Part shown: piece after piece, positions 54,234 to 62,937 of the stretch
Numbering within the stretch: the first letter of the stretch is position 1
Layout: each line of letters begins with the position of its first letter
Origin: a virus
Lineage: Duplodnaviria; Caudoviricetes
IMG/VR virus record: IMGVR_UViG_3300033067_001302
Coordinates: 18,596 to 82,595 of that record
DNA: 64,000 nt
Reading direction: 5' to 3' (one strand)
Position numbers and translations under genes: made by a program
Notes under the pieces: generated by a model
The model's input: only the letters and a program-made list of their open reading frames with translations
Database searches by the model: none
Told to the model about the DNA's origin: nothing

Positions 54234-54842
54234 ATGGCTGGCAAACGATTTCCGATCGGTAAGATCCTGTATATCCTCTCCAACAAGTCGCAGAAGATCA
54301 TCCCGGCCATTGTCGTTGAAGAGAATCACAAGAAGGTCCGCAGGAGCGACGGGACACTCCACGAGGTGATGAACTACAAGGTCACCTTCGGTCCCAACGA
54401 AACTCAACGTGTGACAGTCGACCTTAACCGCGTAAACGGTGAGGTTTACGAGTCCCTTGATGAGATTCAGAAACTCCTTCGTGGACGACTTGAGAGTTTT
54501 CTTGCGGAGATGATGACTGAGGCAAAGAAGCAGGTTGAACAGTGGTATGGAGTGACTCCCGAGAATGATATCGTTCAGGAGACAAGCTCCATTGAGGGTG
54601 AGGGTGGGAAACTCGACCCCGAAGCTCTCCTTGATGGAAGGGTTGAACCAAACGAACCAGTTCAATCTGGCCCACACCCACTGCAAATCCAAAATGGGCA
54701 GCAACAGACGCAGCTCGTACAACCGCCTCTCCGGGACCACATTCGAAGGATGGTGACCCCTGACGAGGAAGTTCCCGTAGTGGGGGAGAGTCGACGGAAG
54801 ATCAAACTGGAAACCGGCGAAGAAGTGTACGTGGATTGGTAA
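54234..54842 (+). CDS. Hypothetical protein
   Basis: 202-aa ORF preceding groEL. Confidence 0.6.
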   Translation: MAGKRFPIGKILYILSNKSQKIIPAIVVEENHKKVRRSDGTLHEVMNYKVTFGPNETQRVTVDLNRVNGEVYESLDEIQKLLRGRLESFLAEMMTEAKKQVEQWYGVTPENDIVQETSSIEGEGGKLDPEALLDGRVEPNEPVQSGPHPLQIQNGQQQTQLVQPPLRDHIRRMVTPDEEVPVVGESRRKIKLETGEEVYVDW

Positions 54843-54867
54843 TGAGAACAATTCGGGAGACTAATCA

Positions 54868-56619
54868 GTGAACAAGGCAACACAGCAAGCACTTTTGGCA
54901 GCAACCCAGGGTATTCACCAAAGAGTGGTCTTTGGTGATGAAGCAAGAAAGCAGCTCTTTGAAGGGGCAAGCATTCTTGCAAAGGCAGTTGCCTCGACCA
55001 TGGGTCCTTCTGGTCACAACGTGACGATTGACGCTACCATTGGAGCTCCGTTGATCACAAAGGACGGGGTTACGGTAGCTCGGTCAATCAACTTGAAGGA
55101 CAGGCTTCAGTCAATGGGAGCTGAGTTGATCAAGGAGGTTGCTTCAAAGACCAACGACATTGCAGGAGACGGTACAACAACTGCAACGGTTCTGGCTCAT
55201 GCGATGTTCAAGGAGGGAATCAAGATGATTTCCTCTGGCAGGGACTCTGTCCAGGTCAAGCGTGGCATGGATTTGGCAACAGAAGAGGTTCTGAAGGCTC
55301 TCAAGCAGCTTGCAACGCCTGTACGGTCAAAGACCGATATTGTCAACGTTGGTACCATCTCGGCCAATGGAGACACCAACATCGGCGAACTCCTGGCCGA
55401 AGCTATCGAGAAGGTTGGAGAAGACGGAATCATCACAGTCGAACCTGGAAAGTCCACTTCTACGATCCTTGAGGTTGTGGAAGGTTTGCAGTTTGACGGT
55501 GGATACCTTTCCCCTTACTTCGTGACGAACTCCGAGAAGAACACGGTTGAGCTGGAGAATCCATTGATTCTTGCAACGAACCGAAAGATTTCCTCCTTGG
55601 ATGAGCTCTTTCCGATTCTGGAAAAGATCGCCAATGCAGATAGGTCGCTCTTGATCATCGCAGACGATGTTGAGGGGCCTGCGCTTCAGACCTTGATTGT
55701 GAACAGATTGAAGGGAAACCTGATGTGCTGCGCTGTCAAGGCACCATCCTACGGTGACAACCGCACGGATATCCTCGGCGACATTGCCTGTGTTGTCGGT
55801 GGAACCGTACTCGATGCTTCGAGCCCTCTTCAGTTGAAGAACTTGGAGTTGGAGCACCTTGGTTTGGCAGCAAAGGTTGTGGTTACCAGGACTTCTACCA
55901 CAATTGTTGGTTCGCCTGATCCTGAGTTGAAGGAGAAGGTGGAAGAGCGTGTGAGGACCCTACGAGCCGCTTTGGCACAGGATGGGACCTTGGATGACCT
56001 CCGCATTGATCGCTACCGCAAACGCCTTGCAAAGCTTGCTGGTGGCGTGGCAGTGGTCAAGGTTGGAGGGTCTACGGAGACGGAGATTCTCGAACGCAAG
56101 GATCGGGTTGAGGACGCCCACAACGCTACGATTGCTGCTGTCAAGGAAGGCATTGTTCCTGGCGGTGGGTGTGCTCTCTTCTACGCAGCGAAGATTGCTG
56201 AGAAGGAACTCAAGAAGGTCCACGAGCAACGGGGCGATGTTGGTGCTGGCATTGACGTTATCCTGAATGCTTGCCGTTCTCCGCTGTTCACCATCGTCTC
56301 GAACACCGGCAAGTCGCCGGAAGTTGTGGCAAACCAACTTGAGACAGCAATGAACACGTACAATGCAGAGGTTGTTGTCCCAGGTGGTGAACTTTCTGAC
56401 TTCCAGAATGACTTCTTCCCAGGACTGGGAAAGCTTCACTTTGGATACAACGCAGCTACCTGCAAGTTCCAGGATTTGGTTGCTGGCGGGATCATTGACC
56501 CCGTAAAAGTGACGAGATGTGCACTTGAACATGCCTCTTCGGTTGTCGGGCTGATGCTCACATGCGATAGTGTGATTCTCAACGAAAAGGAAGCCCCAAT
56601 GAGTGGGGACGAAGAATAG
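54868..56619 (+). CDS. groEL: Phage chaperonin (GroEL-like)
   Basis: TMGPSGHNV, TKDGVTVA, AGDGTTTATVLA, FDGGYLSPYF, KLAGGVAVVKVG, EGIVPGGG, IIDPVKV. Confidence 0.96.
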   Translation: MNKATQQALLAATQGIHQRVVFGDEARKQLFEGASILAKAVASTMGPSGHNVTIDATIGAPLITKDGVTVARSINLKDRLQSMGAELIKEVASKTNDIAGDGTTTATVLAHAMFKEGIKMISSGRDSVQVKRGMDLATEEVLKALKQLATPVRSKTDIVNVGTISANGDTNIGELLAEAIEKVGEDGIITVEPGKSTSTILEVVEGLQFDGGYLSPYFVTNSEKNTVELENPLILATNRKISSLDELFPILEKIANADRSLLIIADDVEGPALQTLIVNRLKGNLMCCAVKAPSYGDNRTDILGDIACVVGGTVLDASSPLQLKNLELEHLGLAAKVVVTRTSTTIVGSPDPELKEKVEERVRTLRAALAQDGTLDDLRIDRYRKRLAKLAGGVAVVKVGGSTETEILERKDRVEDAHNATIAAVKEGIVPGGGCALFYAAKIAEKELKKVHEQRGDVGAGIDVILNACRSPLFTIVSNTGKSPEVVANQLETAMNTYNAEVVVPGGELSDFQNDFFPGLGKLHFGYNAATCKFQDLVAGGIIDPVKVTRCALEHASSVVGLMLTCDSVILNEKEAPMSGDEE

Positions 56620-56631
56620 TAGGAGAAAAAC

Positions 56632-56853
56632 ATGGATCAAGAAGAGCAGAAGCAAAACCTCGTCCAAGAAATCGCCCAAGTCATCGAGACGCAGACGGGA
56701 GTTCAACTCTCGCCTGATTTCATCGAGGAGTTGCTGGGAGATATTCAGCGTGAGCAGCTCAAGGCGCTTGTTTATCAAGCATTCCTGGCTATCCAGAAGA
56801 GCCGAGCTACTCCATCCCTGGCAGACGTTGCCCCAACATCGGAGATTAGCTGA
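56632..56853 (+). CDS. Hypothetical protein
   Basis: SD AGGAG, 73 aa. Confidence 0.55.
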   Translation: MDQEEQKQNLVQEIAQVIETQTGVQLSPDFIEELLGDIQREQLKALVYQAFLAIQKSRATPSLADVAPTSEIS

Positions 56854-57212
56854 TGGCAATTGGAGACAGGGTCAAGGTGGGGGATGGCTCCACCTGGGAT
56901 GACAGCGTTACTATCATGGTTTACCAACCAAACGTTCGCCCTGACGGGTATTACGTCATGGAGAGCAATGGTGGAGTCCAGCTCACCCGTATTGGTGGAG
57001 TCAAGGGTGGCACTCTTGGTACCGTAGCTGGACCAACAATCCAAGCAAACCGACTTCAGTTGGTTGGAGAAGAGAAGACTCCGACTATGGGTGGTGCTGA
57101 CCTTGTGCACTTGCTCCCAGTTCGGTTTGATTACTACGAGAAAGTGGCCTACATCCCAACAAGGTGCCTTCGGGTAGTTGGTGGTGGTCACGGCATGGAT
57201 ATGCCGCACTGA
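56853..57212 (+). CDS. Hypothetical protein
   Basis: TGATG-coupled 119-aa ORF. Confidence 0.55.
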   Translation: MAIGDRVKVGDGSTWDDSVTIMVYQPNVRPDGYYVMESNGGVQLTRIGGVKGGTLGTVAGPTIQANRLQLVGEEKTPTMGGADLVHLLPVRFDYYEKVAYIPTRCLRVVGGGHGMDMPH

Positions 57213-57215
57213 GGC

Positions 57216-57797
57216 TCAAGCAGAGAGTCTCTGACTGAGAAGGTAGATGTGACTCTCGTGCAAGTCGAGAATGCCCTCTACCATGTTTTCCAAACCGGGG
57301 GTGCGTAGATTGGCCATGTGCATGGTTTGATCCGCACCTTTCCGAGCTTCCGCCAACCTTGTGAGCATGAGGTTGCCCATTTCAATGAAAATGGCCTCGG
57401 CAAGAAGTGAGACCTCGCTTGGAGACTTGCTCTTGTCGCTGACAGTCTTCAGGAAGGTTGTCATGTGGTGCATCTGAGCAAAGTAGTTTGTCAGCTTGAT
57501 TCCGCCCAGGCCAACCAACTTCTCAGCGACTTGATCAATCTCCGGTGCAATGCCCTCGTAGAGCCTCTGGAAGAGAAGGTGGTCGCTGTAGAAGGTTTTC
57601 CCTTGGGACTGCCAGTGGTGGCTCTGGTGGATCATGTAGAGTGCACGAAGGGCTCCGAGGAAGACAGCAAGGTCAACGTACTCCTCGCCCTGGCCATCAA
57701 AGATGGGAACCTCGGCGGCAAAGAGTTTTGCTGCTGTTCCTTCGGCATGAATGGCAATGTCAGGGGAAACGGTCTCGGCTAGGTACTTGGTTTTCAT
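57216..57797 (-). CDS. Dps / ferritin-like protein
   Basis: HQSHHWQSQGKTFYSDHLLFQRLYE...IDQVAEK matches the Dps H..HW...G..F...H..F..LY....D..AE pattern. Confidence 0.78.
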   Translation of the reverse strand: MKTKYLAETVSPDIAIHAEGTAAKLFAAEVPIFDGQGEEYVDLAVFLGALRALYMIHQSHHWQSQGKTFYSDHLLFQRLYEGIAPEIDQVAEKLVGLGGIKLTNYFAQMHHMTTFLKTVSDKSKSPSEVSLLAEAIFIEMGNLMLTRLAEARKGADQTMHMANLRTPGLENMVEGILDLHESHIYLLSQRLSA

Positions 57798-57843
57798 ACG
57801 CCTAAATGGGTTTCGAAGCTATTTAGCCTGTAGGAAGACTGAA

Positions 57844-58293
57844 ATGACATTTCAACCACCAGCTTCAGGACTAAACAACGTTGCCGAGTACATGGCGTCT
57901 CCACTTCCGTGGGTTTCGTCCTCTGTTATTGCCTCTGGTTCGGTTTGGACAATCAATTTCCCGAAGGTTACCAGCGAGATTCATGTGCACAATGCCACCC
58001 CAGGTGCTTCATCTGTGGGAGTGGCATTTACGATGAGCGGGGCTCTTGGCACCAATAGGTTCTTGGTCGGAACCAACCAAACCGCTGGAAGCTCTTACGT
58101 CGGAGAAACCTTCTCGTTCCGTGCAAGGGTCAAGACACTTTACATTGTCGGACTTACAGGAAGCTCGAACGTGTCTGTCTACGCTGGAATGACTATGGTC
58201 AACCCAAGAACATTCCCAATTCTGACAGGGTCCGCCCCTGTGGTCTCCAGCACACAAGAAGATCCGTACTACTCGTACGACGGCTTGGGCTGA
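57844..58293 (+). CDS. Beta-rich putative virion protein
   Basis: ATG at 57844 (MTFQPPASG) downstream of TATTTA at 57820-57825; Ser/Thr/Gly-rich. Confidence 0.55.
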   Translation: MTFQPPASGLNNVAEYMASPLPWVSSSVIASGSVWTINFPKVTSEIHVHNATPGASSVGVAFTMSGALGTNRFLVGTNQTAGSSYVGETFSFRARVKTLYIVGLTGSSNVSVYAGMTMVNPRTFPILTGSAPVVSSTQEDPYYSYDGLG

Positions 58294-58668
58294 TCACTCC
58301 TTTGCAAGAAAGTTCGCAAAGGTCTCAATGACCTTGCGGTGGGAAAGGACGTGGGCCACAACCTTCTTGTTGTGGTAATGACCCACATTGGCCTTTGCCA
58401 GCTCCCAAAAGACATCCGTCCACTTCTCGTAGGCATCCAGGAGTTCAGGGATCGTCACAGGTTTACCTTGACTCTTGAGGTACTCCGTGAACGACTGGAA
58501 GTTGACGTGGTAGACATTGTCACCTTCCTGGGGTGGGGTGGGCTCCTCCAGCTCCTTGATGAGGACAGCGTCGCCCTCCTCAATGGTGTTGCTGATGGAC
58601 TTCACCCGCATCATGATTGTTTCCACGACACTCCTGGGATACTTCTGGAGCGAATCGACCAGTTTCAT
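58294..58668 (-). CDS. Hypothetical protein
   Basis: ATGA-coupled 124-aa ORF. Confidence 0.55.
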   Translation of the reverse strand: MKLVDSLQKYPRSVVETIMMRVKSISNTIEEGDAVLIKELEEPTPPQEGDNVYHVNFQSFTEYLKSQGKPVTIPELLDAYEKWTDVFWELAKANVGHYHNKKVVAHVLSHRKVIETFANFLAKE

Positions 58669-59531
58669 TCTTTTTCCTTCTTGAGCAAGGTCTCCAAGAC
58701 CTTCTGTTCACGAGCACCAACGTCACGAATAACGGTGGCGTAGAGCTCAAAGTCTCCGTACTCCTCATAACGCTTCTCTCCCTTGAGTCCATTGGGAAAG
58801 AGCACGTCCGGGAAGTCATAGTTGGGGTAGCTGAAGTTCCTCTGAGTCTTGTAGTCGTACTTGATGACACGACCGTTTGCAGCCTGCTTGGGATTACCAA
58901 CCTGGACAGGTGCCAGCTCCACAACCATCCACTTCCCGCCGATCAAACGGAATTGACGGTACTTCTCATAAGGAAGAACCTTGACTTCCTTGGCAAGCCG
59001 AGCCTTATTGCTCAAACGTGGCTGACGGCAGAGGAGCTTCGTCTCAGGATGGACGTAGTAGCTGTGCATGGAGTAGGGAGCGGGAAGATCAAGGGCGTTG
59101 TAGTTGCGATGCCAAGAACGATCCGTCGCATAAACATGGCCGTCCTCACCAATGTAGGTCTTCTCGGTCACCGTCCAGTTGAGGTGCTGGACAACGTGCA
59201 ACTGCACGGCACTGTCCATCCTCAAGTGTTCTCTGACCTCAGAGTAAACCTCATCCCAGGGGCGTCCAACGCTCTTCTCCAAGAAACGGAAGAGTGGGGC
59301 CAAGTTCTCGTTCAACGACCTGTGACCATCGTAGCGGCTCTTGATGGGCTCAAATGCCTTGAGGGTGTTGTCTGTGGTGTAAGCGACACCATCCTCATCT
59401 TCTTCATACCCCTCGTGCATGATACGTTGCATCTCAGCACGAGCCACAGCCGCACGGGTTGGCGTTTGTACGGGGGTACGTCCCGAGGCCCTGGGTCTTT
59501 CGACAATCACCTTAAACATGTCTTTTCGCAT
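58665..59531 (-). CDS. Hypothetical protein with MRKDMFKVIVERPR N-terminus
   Basis: 288 aa with SD upstream; the N-terminus and LNENLAPLFRFL...GRPWDEVYSE resemble a bacterial uncharacterised family (recalled, not searched). Confidence 0.6.
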   Translation of the reverse strand: MRKDMFKVIVERPRASGRTPVQTPTRAAVARAEMQRIMHEGYEEDEDGVAYTTDNTLKAFEPIKSRYDGHRSLNENLAPLFRFLEKSVGRPWDEVYSEVREHLRMDSAVQLHVVQHLNWTVTEKTYIGEDGHVYATDRSWHRNYNALDLPAPYSMHSYYVHPETKLLCRQPRLSNKARLAKEVKVLPYEKYRQFRLIGGKWMVVELAPVQVGNPKQAANGRVIKYDYKTQRNFSYPNYDFPDVLFPNGLKGEKRYEEYGDFELYATVIRDVGAREQKVLETLLKKEKE

Positions 59532-59610
59532 GACTTTTCCTTTTCTATCTCCAGCGAGATATGTTCGGGTGAGGGTGGGCGTTCATTTGGCTCTCTTGCA
59601 TGTAGATAGG

Positions 59611-59790
59611 CTAATACTGCTCCTTGATCACGTCAAGGACTTCGTTCAATTCTGTTTCTGCTCTTTTCAGCTCGTCAAGCAGAACAAGCCATCGGTCCTT
59701 CGGCCCTCGTTGTTCCCAGGCTGTCTTGGCTTTCTTCTCTTCCTTGAGCTTCCTGCTCAGGAGTTCCAGTAGGAGCTGCTCTCGTGTCAT
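59611..59790 (-). CDS. Small hypothetical protein (59 aa, below cutoff), overlapped by the HNH gene tail
   Basis: Manual translation MTREQLLLELLSRKLKEEKKAKTAWEQRGPKDRWLVLLDELKRAETELNEVLDVIKEQY. Confidence 0.55.
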   Translation of the reverse strand: MTREQLLLELLSRKLKEEKKAKTAWEQRGPKDRWLVLLDELKRAETELNEVLDVIKEQY

Positions 59791-60307
59791 GGGTCTTCTT
59801 CTGCTTTCTTCCTTTTGACTTCTTGCCCGCCTCTGTTGGTTGCAGGGAGTGGCAAGTGGGGCAAAGGTGTCTCAGGTTCTCTGGACGGTTGTCTCGGTTG
59901 TTTCCGTTGATGTGGTCAATCTGGAGAGGAATCTTCTTCTCTTCTCCAAAACTGAAAATGGATTTGCCGCCACACCCAACACAGTAATCAGTCAACACGC
60001 CCATTGCAACCAGAGTCAGCCTGTGGCCCCTCAGATTGTCGAGAGGAGAGTTCTCCACCAAGATGTGATCGAGAAGCCTCTGGCGTCTATTAGAGCGTTT
60101 CCCGATGGGTGGGGTGCTCCTGGAGGGTTCTGCACTGTGAGCGAAGACAAAGTGGGTGGTGTCCAACCCAAGGTCAGCTATCTTCCTTGCAACCCGCTTC
60201 GTTGATTCACCACCTCGGCAATTCAATCCGAGTGCCTGGGCGACCTTACGAAGACTACGGGAGCTCTTTACCGCTTCAATCAACTCTTCGTCAGAAGATT
60301 GGATCAT
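59675..60307 (-). CDS. HNH endonuclease
   Basis: CVGC...LQIDHINGNNRDNRPENLRHLCPTCHS; N-terminal SLRKVAQALGL HTH-like segment. Confidence 0.88.
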   Translation of the reverse strand: MIQSSDEELIEAVKSSRSLRKVAQALGLNCRGGESTKRVARKIADLGLDTTHFVFAHSAEPSRSTPPIGKRSNRRQRLLDHILVENSPLDNLRGHRLTLVAMGVLTDYCVGCGGKSIFSFGEEKKIPLQIDHINGNNRDNRPENLRHLCPTCHSLQPTEAGKKSKGRKQKKTHDTRAAPTGTPEQEAQGREESQDSLGTTRAEGPMACSA

Positions 60308-60660
60308 ACGCTTAGGTAGCGTTCCACAGCGAAGTCGTCCAGCACTAGGCCGAGGACTCCACCCGTGGAGTTCTTAAACTCCACCAGAATCCCCCTTGGA
60401 GTCTTCGCAATGAACCTACCTACCAACCCACGCTCGGCAATCAAGTGCCCAGGCTCCTCGTAGTAGATGCCACCGTAAGGTGTACCATCCATACGCTGGT
60501 AGACGTTCCTGATCAACTTGACGAGACTTCCACGACTCATCCCATTCCAGTGATATTTCAATTGCATGGAATGTAGTCTGTGAGAAAAGTCAACTGTTGT
60601 AGTGGAGCCAACCGGGAACGATCCGGTAACCTCGACAATGCCATTGTCGCGCTCTCCCAA
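60304..60660 (-). CDS. Hypothetical protein
   Basis: 118-aa ORF; start uncertain. Confidence 0.45.
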   Translation of the reverse strand: MGERDNGIVEVTGSFPVGSTTTVDFSHRLHSMQLKYHWNGMSRGSLVKLIRNVYQRMDGTPYGGIYYEEPGHLIAERGLVGRFIAKTPRGILVEFKNSTGGVLGLVLDDFAVERYLSV

Positions 60661-60847
60661 CTGAGCTATGGCCCCAGGCTAAGGTAACTATTGCTACCTT
60701 AGCTTGCCGCCCAAACAAATCACGTTAGCTTCAGGTTCACATCGAAGGCTCGATCTCTTCGACTCGCGATGGTATCTTGTTCGAGAGCAAAATACCCACT
60801 TAGGCCAATGCTTTACCAAACCAGCGGCTTTGGTTCGAATCTTGCCG

Positions 60848-61030
60848 TCAGCTATGGCTGAGGATAATGTCACCCTGATTCAAGCGACACACCTCAACCG
60901 CAGGGGAACTGTGTCCTTCTTGGGTTTGCAGCCAAACCTCGTAAGCTTCACCGAACTCATCAACCTCGGGGAGGTCCTTGAGGTAGTCCTTGAGCTCTTT
61001 GACTGTCATTCCATTTGGGTTTTTCAGCAT
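60848..61030 (-). CDS. Hypothetical protein
   Basis: Start MLKNPNG (61030), overlapping the upstream stop. Confidence 0.5.
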   Translation of the reverse strand: MLKNPNGMTVKELKDYLKDLPEVDEFGEAYEVWLQTQEGHSSPAVEVCRLNQGDIILSHS

Positions 61031-61389
61031 TTGAATACCTTCCTGAGCCAATCGAACCACTTCCTGTCACGTCTTTTCTTGACCTGCGTTAGAATGGGAA
61101 TTGGAGAAACCCACCTCAAGAATGCCATTTTCTTATCCGCCACAAATCCTAATGCCTGCAATCGCTTGCTTACATCCTGCCAAGGAATAGCCTTGTCTCC
61201 GTGGCGGCAAAAGGATTCATCGTGACCTGGGAACTCCAGGCAAATGTTGATGGCAAGGTGGGAGTTGCATTCCTCGGTCCAGAAATGACCACATGTATCT
61301 GCAACTGCCTGCCTGACAGCTTTGGCAAGCTCAGGTGGTACATTCCCCTCTAGAGGAGGGGAATTGGGGCGAATTGGAATGAAAGTCAT
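61024..61389 (-). CDS. Hypothetical protein
   Basis: Start MTFIPIRP (61389), ATGA-coupled. Confidence 0.5.
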   Translation of the reverse strand: MTFIPIRPNSPPLEGNVPPELAKAVRQAVADTCGHFWTEECNSHLAINICLEFPGHDESFCRHGDKAIPWQDVSKRLQALGFVADKKMAFLRWVSPIPILTQVKKRRDRKWFDWLRKVFKC

Positions 61390-61631
61390 CTTACTCCTTT
61401 GATCAAAGCAAGGAGTTCTCGATCCGTGATCACCTTGCACTTGGCTTGGATCTCAGCGATTCTCCTCTTTGGAATGTCGTAGTGTTGATGTCCTGGGGAG
61501 TTATGGAACCAACACCTCTTGATGCCCAGGATCTCTGCCATCCTATGAAGATTCTCCACTGAGTAAGGGACACAGATCAAGTGCCTTTTGTTGTCGCAGT
61601 AGAAGGTTAGGGTGCTGTTATCTTCTGACAT
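61386..61631 (-). CDS. DUF4031-like small protein
   Basis: NLHRMAEILGIKRCWFH....HYDIPKRR pattern. Confidence 0.55.
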   Translation of the reverse strand: MSEDNSTLTFYCDNKRHLICVPYSVENLHRMAEILGIKRCWFHNSPGHQHYDIPKRRIAEIQAKCKVITDRELLALIKGVR

Positions 61632-61657
61632 TTGACCGCTGCTTGAAGCAGGGATGA

Positions 61658-62011
61658 TGGTGGACGCGGGCGGAATTGAACCGCCGTCCGCGAATACCGC
61701 TGAATCAACTATCCTACGTGACCTTCCTTGCTATTGTACTCCTCCCAAACGCCAACAAGGGGGCCTTTGGGGGAGGTTCTTGTAGTATCTCGGTTCTCCC
61801 TACCACAAGCATCTCGGGGAACCTTGTTCGATTGAATCACTGCTTTGAACGCCCGAACAGAGCTCTCAGGCAGTGTCTCGTGCAATTAAGCAGCGAGAAG
61901 GAGGGCTTCTTCAGCGCCTTGTGTTTTTGGTCAGCTTCTTTAAGGCAGCGCCAACCACCTGCCGTCACGCTATCAATCCTTTGCTATCCACGTCGAAACC
62001 GGGTCGCGCCC
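61658..62011 (-). ncRNA. ssrA: tmRNA (354 nt)
   Basis: 5' GGGCGCGACCCGGTTTCGACG and 3' GGCGGTTCAATTCCGCCCGCGTCCACCA; 7-bp acceptor stem with G3-U70, discriminator A and encoded CCA; tag frame at 61886-61918 encodes GAEEALLLAA-stop. Confidence 0.95.
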
Positions 62012-62019
62012 GTTGATGC

Positions 62020-62025
62020 TAAGTA
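62020..62025 (-). promoter_or_regulatory. TANTTA motif upstream of the tmRNA
   Basis: CTACTTAG; the hexamer ends 8 nt before the mature tmRNA 5' end. Confidence 0.6.
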
Positions 62026-62064
62026 GTCTAAGCTTGCCCTTGAGTTGAGTCAAGGGGAAAAGAG

Positions 62065-62928
62065 TTACGGGTTCGTCCAGAGCAGCTTCTTCATGTTCCC
62101 ATAGAGAACATTGGGGTCATTCTCGGACAAGCCTGACATTTGACCATCATTCAGCTCAACGACGATCCAACGCCCACTTTCTGTGAGAGCAACGTCCATC
62201 ACGAAGAAGCTGACGTTGTCCTTGACTCTGTCAATGGCAGCCTCCAGGAACTCCTGGGGGACCATGGAAGGCGAGGGAACCTCTTGGATGTCTCCCAGGT
62301 GGTTTGACCAATAGAAGCCGCTGGAAACCACCTTTCCGTGGAGCACAAAGAACCTGAACTCCACTGTGATGGGTTGCTCGTAAAGCCCGACGCCAAGCTT
62401 CTTGAGAGGAACATACTCCCGGACGTAGATTTGCTGGCGGGACAGAAGGGAATCATCCATCAACCGCTGGTAAACAGCAATTGCGTCTGCCTTGGTGGGA
62501 GCGAACATGTGGGTGTTCCACTTGTCCTTCTTGCTGTTGGTTTCCCCCTTCACAACCAAAGGCATGTCAGGGAGATACGGGAAGTCTCTCCAGCTCCAGG
62601 TCTTTGGTGTGAGTTCATCCAGGTCAGCAGCGTAGTTCTGGAGGTCGGCAACATACCTGTGCTCCCCATAGGAGTTGATGAGCTTTGCTCCAACCGAGTT
62701 CAAGTCATTCTCCAGCTCGCTGTAATACGGAAGGACAGAGTACCTACCGATCACCAGCGAGTTCCCCGAAACTGACATACGGCTCTTGACCGTCACAAAG
62801 TGTTTCTTTGCGGCAGCCAGCTCGTTTTCATCCATCATACCAGCGCCTTCTCGAAAGAGGATCACTGGATGGCGTGGGCGAGGGAGTCCTGCTGCTCTGT
62901 CATGGATCGGTTGGTATTCTTGAGTCAT
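62065..62928 (-). CDS. ATP-grasp protein (R2K / DUF4343-like)
   Basis: LVVKGETNSKK, EFRFFVLHGKVV, FFVMDVALTESGRWIVVELNDG. Confidence 0.72.
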   Translation of the reverse strand: MTQEYQPIHDRAAGLPRPRHPVILFREGAGMMDENELAAAKKHFVTVKSRMSVSGNSLVIGRYSVLPYYSELENDLNSVGAKLINSYGEHRYVADLQNYAADLDELTPKTWSWRDFPYLPDMPLVVKGETNSKKDKWNTHMFAPTKADAIAVYQRLMDDSLLSRQQIYVREYVPLKKLGVGLYEQPITVEFRFFVLHGKVVSSGFYWSNHLGDIQEVPSPSMVPQEFLEAAIDRVKDNVSFFVMDVALTESGRWIVVELNDGQMSGLSENDPNVLYGNMKKLLWTNP

Positions 62929-62937
62929 GGACCCAAT

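Noticed and set aside
60820-60855. GGTTCGAATC resembling a tRNA T-loop
   Set aside because: No T-stem, acceptor stem or anticodon arm can be formed on either strand.
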